DNA of 64,000 nucleotides from Mobula birostris (Eukaryota): NCBI RefSeq assembly GCF_030028105.1, contig NC_092397.1, positions 12,663,271 to 12,727,270 of the forward strand, read 5' to 3'. Shown piece by piece: positions 50,190 to 61,651 of this stretch (position 1 is its first letter; each line of letters starts with the position of its first letter). The notes under the pieces were generated by a model. It saw only the letters and a program-made list of their open reading frames with translations, ran no database searches and was not told where the DNA came from. The position numbers and the translations under genes were made by a program.

Positions 50190-51287
50190 CTCTTCTCCGT
50201 AACCTTCGATTCCCTGGCCCTGACCACCTCATCTTCACCTTGGAAGTTCAGTTTCTCTTCCTCCCACCTCCCCACCACCTCCCCACCCACCCACAATCAG
50301 GAAGGTTTCAAAGCCTTTCGGCTTCTTCCTTGACAGAAGAACCACCCAATCCCACTCCAGCACCAGCCTCCTCCGCCTGGCGGACACGGTCCTCACCCCT
50401 CTCTGTCTCTCCGAACCTGACGGCTAGCCAAGGGCGCCGGCACGGGCCCGACCTATGCCTGCCCGTTCATGTCGGCTGCACAGAACAGCCTACGCTCGAA
50501 GGCTTCCCCGGTTCTAACCCCCAAGTCCTCCCTTGCGGCACAGACGACAGCATCGGCGCCGTTTCATCCACCCACGCTGAGCTCGTCAATTGTATCAACC
50601 TTGGCTCTAACTTCCACCCGGCCCTTACATTCACTTGGTTCATTTCCAACACCTCCCTCCCCTTTCTTGTTCTCTCTGTCTCTATATACAACCAGTCAAC
50701 TGATACCTTTTATAAAGCTGATCCCCATGGTTATCTTGACTATAACTCTTCCCACACCGTCTCCGGCAAAAGTGCTATTTGCTTTTCTCAGTCTCTTCAC
50801 CTTCAGGACGAGGCTATCCATTCCAGGACATCTGAGATGTCCTCCTTCTTTAAAGAACGCCCCCCCCACCTCCACTATTGATGCTGCCCTCACCCGCATC
50901 TCCTCCATTTCCTGATCATCCACGCTCGCACACTCTTCCCGCTGCCTTAATAGTGATGGAGTCCATCTTGTCCTTGCCTATCCCTCCATCAGCCTCCACA
51001 CCCAACACACCATCCTCCACAACTTCCACTGACCCCCCCCCCCAACACTCTACTTTCCACAGGGATCGCTCCCTCCATAATTCCCTTATCCATTCATCCC
51101 TCCCCACTAATCTCCTTCCAGGCACTTACCCCTGCAAGTGGCCTACCCTGCCCAGTCACCTCCACTGATCACCCCAAACTGTCCTTCCAGGTGAGGCAGC
51201 ACTTCACCTGCGAATCTGCTGGAGTCGTCGAATGTGTTCGGTGCTCCTGACACAGCCTCCTCTACGTCGCTGAGACCTACTGTCGGC
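50190..51287 (+). mobile_element. Penelope-like RT + GIY-YIG remnant
   Basis: Copy of 23565-24660. Confidence 0.85.
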
Positions 51288-52849
51288 CATGGGGGAGTGA
51301 AAATCTGAAAGAAAGTGTCAAACACGAATTGGTCAGGTTTAGTGGAAACAGACAAACCAATTGCCTTTGTTCTTGCCATGTGCTTGACGGAATGGAGTCT
51401 GCCATTTTGTGAGGCTGCCCTGTAGCCTCCATCTTGTGAACTGCTCGAGAACTGATTCTTCCTCAGGGCTAATCGAATCAGAACAATTGAACGTTGTGAG
51501 AATGAGTTTCTGCTAAACCTGAGAACATTCTCAGATAAGCTGTGCGTTGAGTACAATGGCAGGTTTCCAGAAGTCGTCTCGTTACCTCAATCCACTGTCT
51601 AAGTGACCTGGTTTGAACCAGAATCGAAGGGAACAGTAGAAGCTGTGTAGCTGTCGGACTAGATCCGGTGGGAAGGTGTTATAGGACAGTCAGATGACGC
51701 TGACACTGAAAAGCAACATTTGAACTGGAATGGAATGAAAAGAAAGCAGAGGCTTCAAATGCATCATAGCGATAACCTCGAAGAGTCATCATCGCAAGGA
51801 AGAAATTGCATGCCAGGGGCTGGGAAAAGGAGGATCTATCTTCTGAACAATGGGAGATTCTCGATTGTGGTGATTAGAAGTGGAGGAGCGGTTTGAATGA
51901 GTATTGGTTCACAGAAAAGAGTAGAATTCATGTTTTAAGTTGTTGGCCTGTTACATTTTTGTTCGTGCAGAGGCGAAAAAGTGCAAGATTCGACTAATTT
52001 TGAGTTATGTGGCCAGTTTACTGGCCTGGTTCAGTTGACGAACAGTCAACACCGTAGGAAATTAAGGGGCCACTTCCAGCACCTGCACCACCACCACCAC
52101 CCCCGTCTGCCACAAGCGAAACTTTTAATTCCGATATCCATTCCCGTTTCCGTTCTGGTGTGTCGGTGCAATGCCAAAATGTGCCAAAATTAGGTTACCC
52201 TCAGAGTGGAGAAACAACACCTTATATTCCGTCTGGGAAGCCTTCACCACAATGTCATGAATATTAATTTTCCCCTTGTGGTATAAAAACGTTCCCCACC
52301 CCCTTCTTCCTGTTCCTAACTCTGACCTTTCACTTCTTATTACCTCCACCTGGATCCCCTCCTCCTTCCCTTTCCCCTATGGTCAGCTCTCCTCTCCCCT
52401 CTGGTTCCTTCCTCTCTCCCACTCACCCGGCTTCACCTATCACCTTCCAGCTAGCGTCCTTCCCCTCCCTCCAGCTGCTTATCCAGACGTCTTTCCCCTT
52501 CCCTCTCAGTCCTGAAGAAAGATCTTGGCCCAAAACCTCTCTTTTCCATCGTCCAGCCGAAGGGTCTCGGCCCGAAACGTCGATTTTTCTTTTTTTTTCT
52601 TTTCCCACATAGATGCTGCCTGGCCCGCTGAGTCCCTTCATAATTTTCTTTTTGTGTGCGCGTTGCTTTGGATTTCCAGCATCTGCGCCTTTCTCGTGTT
52701 TGCAATGTCACAAAAAGAAGTGGGGAGTTTGCGGATTTGGGGGCGGCAGCCCCGCAGAAAGATGGCGTGGCCAGAGCGGGGCGGAAGTGACGAGCGAAAA
52801 GCGGAGGAAGAGACGCCAGCGCCTGTTATTTGCTTTAGTGCGGAGGAAG

Positions 52850-55800
52850 ATCGGTGCGGTTCTGGTGGTTTTGGTGTTGATGTTGGGGGCGCCGGATGTG
52901 GGAGCGACCTCCATGCCGGGCGGCCTCTGCCCACAGATGACCCCGGCGTGGTGAACGCGATGCGGGCAGCGGAGGAGTATTTCAATCGCAGATCCAACGA
53001 CGAGTTTTACTCCATGGTGTCGAATGTGACATCGGCCGAAACAGAGGTGATGGGGAGGGAAATAGGAGGAGGGGGAGGGGCGGGACGAGGGCGGTGGGGG
53101 GGAGAGGGAGGGAGGAGAGGGGAGGGCAGGGAGGAGGGGTGGGAAGTGGGGAATAGCGAGGAGTGAAAGAGGCAATGGAGAGGGAGGGGGTAAGTGGAGA
53201 ATAGACTGGGTGGGCAGAGGAGGGGAAGTGGGGAGGAGAGTGGGAAGGGGAAGGGTGGGAAGAGGGAGAGGGGAGGTGAGGATGGGGAGCAGAGATGGAG
53301 GGGATAAAAGGGGAGGGGGAGAGGGAAGGAGGGGAGGTGAGGGAGGAGGAAGATATTGAGGGAGAGAGGGAGACGTAGAGGGAGGGAGAGTGGGAGGAGG
53401 GGTGGGAGCCGGGGAAGATCGGGTGGAGGGGTAAGGGAGGGGCAAGAGGAGGGGAGAGTGTGGGGAGAAGGGGTGTGCTGGAGAGGGCGAGTGGGGATAA
53501 GGAGAATCTGCAGAGAGATATGGATAGGTTAACTCAGTGGGCAAATGTCTGTCAGATGGAGTACAATGTTGGTAAATACAAGGTCATCCAGTTTGGAAGG
53601 AAAAAACGAAGAGCAGATTATTATTGAAATGGTAAAAGATTGCAGCATGCTGCTGTGCAGAGGGACTCGGGAGTGTTTGTGCATGAATCACGAAAGTTTG
53701 GTTTGCAGGTACAGCGGGCTATCAAGCAGGCAAATGGGATGTCGGACTTCATTGCTGGAGGGATTGAATTCAAGAGCAGGGAGGTTATTCTGCAACTGTA
53801 CTGGGTACTGGTGACGTGGCACCTGGAGTACAGCGTGCAGTTCTGGTCTCCTTGCTTGAGGAAGGATACACTGGCTTTGGAGATTCACCACGTTGAGACT
53901 AGAGAGGAAGGTGTGAGACTATAAGGAGAGATTGAATCGCCTGGGACTGTACTTGCTGGAAATCAGAAAAATGAGAGGAAATCTTAGAGAAAAATACAAT
54001 TATGAAAGACATAGAGGCAGGAAAGTTCTTTCCACTGGTAGGTGAGACTAGAACTAGGGGACATAGCCTCAAGATTCAGGGCAGTAGATTTAATTGGGGA
54101 AAGGCAAATTATGAGGCTATAAGGCTGGAACTTGCTGGTGTGAATTGGGATGATGTTTTTGCAGGGAAATGTACTATGGACATGTGGTCGATGTTTAGAG
54201 ATCTCTTGCGGGATGTAAGGGATAAATTTGTCCCGGTGAGGAAGGTAAAGAGTGGTAGCATGAAGGAACCATGGGTGACAAGTGAGGTGGAAAATCTAGT
54301 TAGGTGGAGGAAGGCAGCATACATGACGTTTAGGAAGCAAGGACCAGATGGGTCTATGGAGGAATATAGGGAAGCAAGAAAGGAGCTTAAGAAGGGGCTG
54401 AGAAGAGCAAGAAGGGGGCATGAGAACGCCTTGGCGAGTAGGGTAAAGGAAAACCCCAAGAAAAAAAAGGATGACAGGAGTGAAGGTAGGACCGATTAGA
54501 GATAAAGGTGGGAAGATGTGTCTGCAGTCTGTGGAAGTGAGCGAGGTCCTCAATGAATAATTCTCATCGGTATTCACCAATGAGAGGGAACTTGATGATG
54601 GTGAGGACAATATGAGTGAGGTTGATGTTCTGGAGCATGTTGATATGAAGGGAGAGGAGGTGTTGGAGTTGTTAAAATACATTAGGACAAATAAGCCCCC
54701 AGGGCCTGATGGAATATTCCCCAGGCTGCTCCACGAGGCGAGGGAAGAGATTGCTGAGCCTCTGGCTAGGATCCTTATGTCCTCGTTGTCCACGGGAATG
54801 GTACCGGAGGATTGGAGGGAGGCGAATGTTGTTCCCTTGTTCAAAAAAGGTAGTAGGGATAGTTCGGGTAATTATAGACCAGTGAGCCTTACGTCTGTGG
54901 TGGGAAAGCTGTTGGAAAAGATTCTTAGAGATAGGATCTATAGGCATTTAGAGAATCATGGTCTGATCAGGGACAGTCAGCATGGCTTTGTGAAGGGCAG
55001 ATCGTGTCTAACAAGCCTGATAGAGTTCTTTGAGGAGGTGACCAGGCATATAGATGAGGGTAGTGCAGTGCATGTGATCCACATGGATTTTAGTAAGGCA
55101 TTTGACAGGGTTTCACATGGTAGGCTTATTCAGAAAGTCAGAAGGCATGGGATCCACGGGAGGTTTGGCCAGGTGGATTCAGAATTGGCTTGCCTGCAGA
55201 AAGCAGAGAGTGGTAGTGGAGGGAGTACATTCAGATTGGAGGTTTGTGACTAGTGGTGTCCCACAAGGATCTGTTCTGGGACCTCTACTTTTCGTGATTT
55301 TTATTAACGACCTGGATGTGGGGTAGAATGGTGGGTTGGCAAGTTTGCAGATGACACAAAGGTTGGTGGTGTTGTAGATAGTGTAGAGGATTGTCAAAGA
55401 TTGCAGAGAGACATTGATAGGATGCAGAAGTGGGCTGAGAAGTGGCAGATGGAGTTCAACCCGGAGAAGTGTGAGGTGGTACAGTTTGGAAGGACAAATT
55501 CCAAGGCAGAGTACAAAGTAAATGGCAGGATACTTGGTAGTGTGGAGGAGCAGAGGGATCTCGGGGTACATGTCCACAGATCCCTGAAAGTTGCCTCACA
55601 GGAGGATAGGGTAGTTAAGAAAGCTTATGGGGTGTTAGCTTTCATAAGTCGAGGGATAGAGTTTAAGAGTCGCGATGTAATGATGCAGCTCTATAAAACT
55701 CTGGTTAGGCCACACTTGGAGTACTGTGTCCAGCTCTGGTCACCTCACTATAGGAAGGATGTGGAAGCATTGGAAAGGGTACAGAGGAGATTTACCAGGA

Positions 55801-56949
55801 TGCTGCCTGGTTTAGAGAGTGTGCATTATGATCAGAGATTAAGAGAGCTAGGGCTTTACTCTTTGGAGAGAAGGAGGATGAGAGGAGACATGATAGAGGT
55901 GTACAAGATAATAAGAAGAATAGATAGAGTGGATAGCTAGCGCCTCTTCCCCAGGGCACCACTGCTCAATACAAGAGGACATGGCTTTCAGGTAAGGGGT
56001 GGGAAGTTCAAGGGGGATATTAGAGGAAGGTTTTTTACTCAGGGAGTGGTTGGTGCGTGGAATGCACTGCCTGAGTCAGTGGTGGAGGCAGATACACTAG
56101 TGAAGTTTAAGAGACTACTAGGCAGGTATATGGAGGAACCTAAGGTGGGGGCTTATATAGGAGGCAGGGTTTGAGGGTCGGCACAACATTGTGGGCCGAA
56201 GGGCCTGTACTGTGCTGTACTATTCTATGACAGAGATGAGGAGGAACTGCTTTTCCCAGAGAGTGGTGAATCTGTGGAATTCTCTACCCAATGAAGCAGT
56301 GGAGGCTACCTCAGTAAATGTATTTCAAGACAAGGTTGGATAGATTTTTGCATAGTAGGGGAATTAAGGGTTATGGGGAAAAGGCAGGTGGGTGGAGATG
56401 AGTCCATGGCCAGATCAGTCATGATCTTATTGAGTGGCGGAGCAGGCTCGACGGGCCAGATGGCCGACACCTGCTCCTATTTCTTATGACCAGCAGAGTA
56501 AAGTTGGTGGTGGTGTGAAGATGAGTGACCACGCCTGGCTCTATACACACAGGCACCCTGTAGAGATGTTTTGAGGCCTTTCTGACTGTAAGGTGCTCTT
56601 GCAGGTGGTGTGGGTGTTCACGTACCATCTCACCCTGGAGCTGAGAACCACCGTCTGCAAGAAGAGTTCTGTTTCCCGGAACTGTCCCTTCCACGAGGAT
56701 CCTCAACATGCCAAGGTGAGCGATCAGTGCACTGGTGGTCTCGGGAGAGAGGGGCAGGGGTCCTGTCCCCAGGGACACTGGAACCTGGTGGGGATTCATG
56801 AATCTGCTGGGGTACCGGCGGGAAACTCTTTTAATACTGGCCTCTGCTTTTCCCCGCAGAAAATGGCCTGTAATTTTAAAGTCTGGGACCAACCGAGTGT
56901 CGGGCTCATGCTGGTGTACGATCAGCGTTGCTCCAGAACGGTCAAGTGA
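52850..56949 (+). pseudogene. Cystatin paralog A5, pseudogene; exons 52850-53046, 56605-56715, 56860-56949
   Basis: Start ATG has become ATC at 52850 and a 7-nt deletion after GGLC shifts the frame. The motif reads EVVWV and PW has become PS. Exons 2-3 are open. There is a CR1 insertion in intron 1. Confidence 0.85.
54089..56228 (+). mobile_element. 5'-truncated CR1 LINE (same family as 6188-10456) inside A5 intron 1
   Basis: ORF2 RT fragments near-identical to the full-length copy. It interrupts AGATTTAA|GACAGAGATG (contiguous at 38741-38758), has 5' TTTAA microhomology and ends in TATTCTAT. Confidence 0.93.
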
Positions 56950-58008
56950 CCGGTCTCTAGGACCCCGGCGGCACACAGCGTGGCGCACACCGCTCAGCTA
57001 AAGAAATAATTCTGATGACCAGGTCAAATGGATACGAATACAGCACTTTACCACGGCCCGGGGCGCCTCGTAATGCAATCTCTGCAACGCATACAGACAA
57101 ACGCGCGTGGGTATACACTCGCTCAGTAATATACGTTCCCCAGGCTACTATCTCTCTCTCTCTCTTTCACACGCCATCTTTGAGTTGGAACCCTTGAAAG
57201 ATGGCTCGTCATAGACATCGAGGGGCCAAATAACCCGCTCCTGTGCCAGACCGCTGTACATTCTGTGCTCTATAGTATTTGGGCTTCAACTGACGAGCTG
57301 ACCAGTTATTACCATAATTGTATACTGTAATTAATCTGCAAATGTATATTTTTATACTTGCGCAATAAAGTTTTTGCATTCTGAGTCTGCCTGTGTTTGC
57401 AATGTTAACAGGGTAACTCACTGCATGAGGTTGACACAGCACTGACCACCACGGACTATAGTGAGCCCAGCGATCGTGGTTAGACCCTGCTTCTTGATAG
57501 GAGCGACGAGTCTCAGTCAGTGCTGTAATTTCAAACATGGCGGGAGTGTGTGAGACCAGAGGACTCGGCCTCAGAAAAGAAGGTCGTCCTTTTAGGAGGG
57601 AGAGGAGTAATTTCTTCAGCCAGAGTGTGGTGAATGTGTGGAATTGGTTACCACAAGCAAGCCTTTACGTTTAAGACAGATTGACAGAATCTTGATTGGT
57701 CAGGGCATGAAGTGACACGGGGAGAAGGCAGGAGATCGGGGGCCGGGAGGGAAAATGATGAAATGGCGGAGGAGATTCGACGGGCCAAATGGCCTAATTC
57801 TGCCTTCATAACTCACGGCCTTATAAAGTGTATTCATCATGGAGAATGTACCGTTTCACGTTCTCATGCAGGTTTTCTCGTTTCTTTTCCATAGATGTTG
57901 AGTTCCTCCAGCATTTTGTGTTTGTGCGCGCGTTGCTTTGGATTTCCAGCATCTGCTCCTTTCCCGTGTTTGCAATGTCACAAAAAGACGTGGAGAGATT
58001 GCGGATTT

Positions 58009-58062
58009 GGGGGCGGAAGCCCCGCAGAAAGATGGCGTGGCCAGCGCGGGGCGGAAGTGACG
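58009..58062 (+). promoter_or_regulatory. Putative TATA-less proximal promoter of the canonical cystatin (GC box/ETS, YY1-like, ETS-CRE composite)
   Basis: GGGGCGGAAG at about 58010, AAGATGGCG at 58029 and GCGGAAGTGACG at 58051, all 60-110 bp upstream of the ATG; motif matching only. Confidence 0.45.
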
Positions 58063-58119
58063 AGTCAAGGGCGTAGGAAATGACGCCAACGCCTGTTATT
58101 TTCTTTACTGCGTAGGAAG

Positions 58120-60083
58120 ATGGGTCCGGGTCTGTTGGTGGTTTTGGTGTTGATGTTGACGGCGGCGGAGGTGGGGGAGACCTCCATGCCGGGCGGCCTC
58201 AGCCCCGTGGCCACAGATGACCCCGGGGTTCTGAACGCCACCCGGGTGGCGGAGGAGGACTTTAACCGCAGATCCAACGACTTGTTTCACACCGCGGTGT
58301 CGAATGTGATATCGGCCCAAACACAGGTGATGGGGAGGGAAATAGGGGGAGGGGGAGGGGGAAGGGTCGATGGGGAGGGATGGGGAAGGCTGGGTAGGGA
58401 GGGAGGCGGAAGGGGTAGGTGGGGAGGGGAGGGGGAAGGGGTGGGTGGGGAGGGGAGGGGGAAGGGGTGGGTAGGGAGGGAGGGGGAAGGGACAGGTGGG
58501 TGGGGAGGGTGGGGGAAGGGGTGGTGAGGGGAGGGGGAAGGGTGGGTAGGGAGGGAGGCGGAAGGGGTAGGTGGGGAGGCGAGGGGAAAGGGGTGGGTGG
58601 GGAGGGAGGGGGAAGGGTGGGTGGGAAGGAGGCGGAAGGGGTAGGTGGGGAGGCGAGGGGGAAGGGGTGGGTGGGGAGGCGAGGGGGAAGGGGTGGGTGG
58701 GGAGGCGAGGGGGAAGGGTGGGTGGGAAGGAGGCGGAAGGGGTAGGTGGGGAGGCGAGGCAGAATGGGTGGGTGGGGAGGGGAGGGGGAAGGGTGGGTAG
58801 GGAGGGAGGCGGAAGGGGTAGGTGGGGAGGCGAGGCAGAATGGGTGGGTGGGGAGGGGAGGGGGAAGGCTGGGTAGGGAGGGAGGCGGAAGGGGTAGGTG
58901 GGTGGGGAGGGTGGGGGAAGGGGTGGTGAGGGGAGGGGGAAGGGTGGGTAGGGAGGGAGGCGGAAGGGGTAGGTGGGGAGGCGAGGGGAAAGGGGTGGGT
59001 GGGGAGGGAGGGGGAAGGGTGGGTGGGAAGGAGGCGGAAGGGGTAGGTGGGGAGGCGAGGGGGAAGGGGTGGGTGGGGAGGCGAGGGGGAAGGGGTGGGT
59101 GGGGAGGCGAGGGGGAAGGGTGGGTGGGAAGGAGGCGGAAGGGGTAGGTGGGGAGGCGAGGCAGAATGGGTGGGTGGGGAGGGGAGGGGGAAGGGTGGGT
59201 AGGGAGGGAGGGGGAAGGGATAGGTGGGTGGGGAGGGTGGGGGAAGGGGTGGGGAGGGGGGGCAGGGTGGGTGGGGAGGGAGAGGGAAGGATGTGAGGGT
59301 GGATGAATACAGAGCTCTGGTGGGGGACTGTCTTATTGATATTGAGCTCCAGATGATTCGTATCGCATCATTAAACAAAGGGGATGGCGATGGACTTTAG
59401 GATGGGGAGGGGGAGTAGGGTAGGGTGCGGAGAGGAGGTGATAGTGTGGGCAGGGGAGGAGGGGGTCGAGAGGGGCGCGGGGTTAGGGTGGGGAGGGGAA
59501 GTGGGGGGAGGAGAGGGAGAGAATACGGAGAGGGGGCTTGTGGAGTGTGAGGTGAGGAAGGGATGGGAAGGAAGGGGAAGTGCTGAGGAGTGGAGGGTCG
59601 AGTAGGGGCGAGGGAGGGTAAGTTTGCAGGAGGTGAGGAGCAGAGCGCCAGTGTGGGGGAATTCCCCGAGGCCCAGTGAAAGTAGTTTTTCAATCGCTGT
59701 GCCTGTGACTCTTGCAGGTGGTGGCGGGGTTAATGTACCACCTCTCCCTGGTGCTGAGAACCACCGTCTGCAGGAAGGCTGAACCTCGTTTAGAGAACTG
59801 CCCGTTTCACCAGGACCCTCAATATGCCAAGGTGAGTGATCAGTGCGCTGGTGGTCTCGGACGAGAGGTGGGGGAGGCGAGTGGGGGGGGGGTCCCATCC
59901 CCGGTGCAGACTGGAACATGGTGGGGATTCACGTATCTGCCGGGGTACCAGCGGGGAGCTCTTTTAATACTGGCCTCTTGTTCCTCCCCGCAGAGAACGA
60001 CCTGTACATATAAAGTCTGGTACCGCCCGTGGATTGGGCGCATGGAGGCGCACAGTGCTGAATGCTCCGGGGTGTTAAAGTGA
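58120..60083 (+). CDS. Canonical type-2 cystatin (cystatin C-like), intact, 136 aa; exons 58120-58326, 59718-59831, 59994-60083
   Basis: Signal peptide, MPGG, FNRRSNDLF (legumain-site Asn), QVVAG, CRK..ENCPFHQ, YRPWIG, four Cys, and a 38-codon exon 2 as in cystatin C. AATAAA at 60316. Orthology (CST3 vs CST6) cannot be resolved here. Confidence 0.93.
58330..59290 (+). repeat. G-rich minisatellite-like tract in intron 1 with an internal ~315-bp direct repeat at 402-bp spacing
   Basis: Units such as GGGTGGGTGGGGAGG and GGCGGAAGGGGTAGG; 58494-58809 is repeated at 58896-59211. Confidence 0.9.
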
Positions 60084-60479
60084 CCGGACTATAGGACCCT
60101 GGGGCGTGCACAGCTCTGTTAAAGCAATAATACTGATCAGCACTTTACCACAGCCCCGGGCGCCTATGTAACCGAGGGGCCAAATCGCCCCAGCTCCTCT
60201 GCTCGACCTTTATCCGTTCTATGCTCAGCAGTAGTTGCCTTTCAGCTCGCGGGCTGACCAGTTATTACCATAATTGTATTAATAAGCTGCAAATGTACGT
60301 TTTTTAATCTTGCACAATAAAGTTTTTGCATTCTGAGGCTGCCCGTGTTTGCAAAGTTAACAGGGTAACTCGGTGAATGAGGTCAGCCGGGCACTGGCCA
60401 CCGCAGACTGTGGTGAGCTCGGCGGTCAGTCAAGAATTCTTTTAATTTCAAGCATAATTTCAAGCTGGCACTTTATTCG

Positions 60480-61038
60480 ATACCTCCTGCTCCTAATAAA
60501 ATAGCCACTGAGTGTACGTTCGTGGTCTTCTGTTGCTGTAGTCACTGTTCGAATTGAAAACATTCACTTCAATCTTCGAAGGTGCTGTGCGCTCAGAGAT
60601 GTTGTTCCGCACACCACCGGTGTAACGGGTGGTTATTTGAATTACTGCCGCGAACCAGGCTGGCCGTTCTCCTCTCCCATTAAACAAGGCGATTTCGCCC
60701 ACTGAACTGCCTCTCGCTGGATTTTTTTTAAAATTATAACACCATTGTCCAAACTCTGTGAAAATCCCAGGAGATCAGCGGTTTCTGAGATCCTCAAACC
60801 ACCCAGTCTGTGACTTGTCTCAAAGGGCCGACTCGTTAGTGTATCTCAATAAATAAAATTTTTTTAAAAGTCTCTTAGATCATCTTTCTCCCCGACTCTG
60901 ATGTGCAGTCTGAGCAATGACAGAACCTCTGGACCGTGCCTGCGTGCTTTTGGGCATTGAGTTGGCGCCCGGTGAGTGGACGGGTGTGTTAGCGAGCAGA
61001 TGTACTGGTGTATCTGATAAATTGGACACTGAATGTAT
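60480..61038 (-). mobile_element. Tc1/mariner-derived non-autonomous element
   Basis: QITTRYTGGVRNNISERT transposase remnant; TIR-like sequences TAATAAAATAGCCACTGAGTGTA and TGATAAATTGGACACTGAATGTA. Confidence 0.65.
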
Positions 61039-61153
61039 AAAGGGTTAGATGTGCTGCATTCACCAAATCAAAACACACAATTTTTACACCAAAATGTCCA
61101 TTTTAGGGCCATTCTGAGCTACTGACACAAATCGCCTCTCATTCATTCATGCA

Positions 61154-61165
61154 TTTATTAATAAA
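61154..61165. promoter_or_regulatory. Palindromic back-to-back poly(A) signals TTTATT-AATAAA
   Basis: The minus-strand AATAAA lies about 140 nt after the BAF stop; a plus-strand AATAAA abuts it. Confidence 0.5.
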
Positions 61166-61297
61166 TCAGCTTTTTACAGCGTAAAATCTGAAAGACCCCG
61201 GTGATTTCGGGTCACTATGATCCATAAAGAGCGATTAAGGATTAGTGGGAGGGTTTTCGGGGAGGTTCTGTCTCCGGGCCGGGCCAGGCCACTGCCT

Positions 61298-61444
61298 TCA
61301 GAGGAATGCGTCGCACCACTCCTTCAGGCAACGGTAGCAGTCCTCCGACTGTCTGTTGCCCGCGTAGCATACCTGCCTCATCCAGGTCTTGAAGGCAGCC
61401 TTGTCCTGCTTCAGCAGCAGGAACTGGCCTAGCACGTCCTTGGC
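61298..61444 (-). CDS. Barrier-to-autointegration factor family (BANF1-like), last coding exon; upstream exon(s) not found in the window
   Basis: After TTCCCTCCCGCTGCAG: AKDVLGQFLLLKQDKAAFKTWMRQVCYAGNRQSEDCYRCLKEWCDAFL*. 48 aa, collinear with the BANF1 C-terminal half (VLGQFL...W...C.A...QS.DC..CL.EWCDAFL). Confidence 0.9.
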   Translation of the reverse strand, partial: AKDVLGQFLLLKQDKAAFKTWMRQVCYAGNRQSEDCYRCLKEWCDAFL

Positions 61445-61651
61445 CTGCAGCGGGAGGGAACGGAGAACAGGAAAGGCGTTAAACGCGCGCGCACACACAC
61501 ACAAAAACTCAGGAACTCAGCAGGTCAAGCAACATCTATCGACAAACTTCAGCTCGTTTCCAGGAGAATGGGGTTGAGACGGAAAATGAATCGGCCATCA
61601 TTCAGTGGCAGGCAGACTCGATGGGCCTAATTCTGCTCCTAAATCGTATGG

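Noticed and set aside
58287-59378. 363-aa Pro-rich ORF and similar Pro/Gly-rich ORFs (4866-5549, 37342-38103, 52708-53544)
   Set aside because: Artefacts of G/C-skewed low-complexity intron 1, which lacks stop codons; not extensin- or collagen-like genes.
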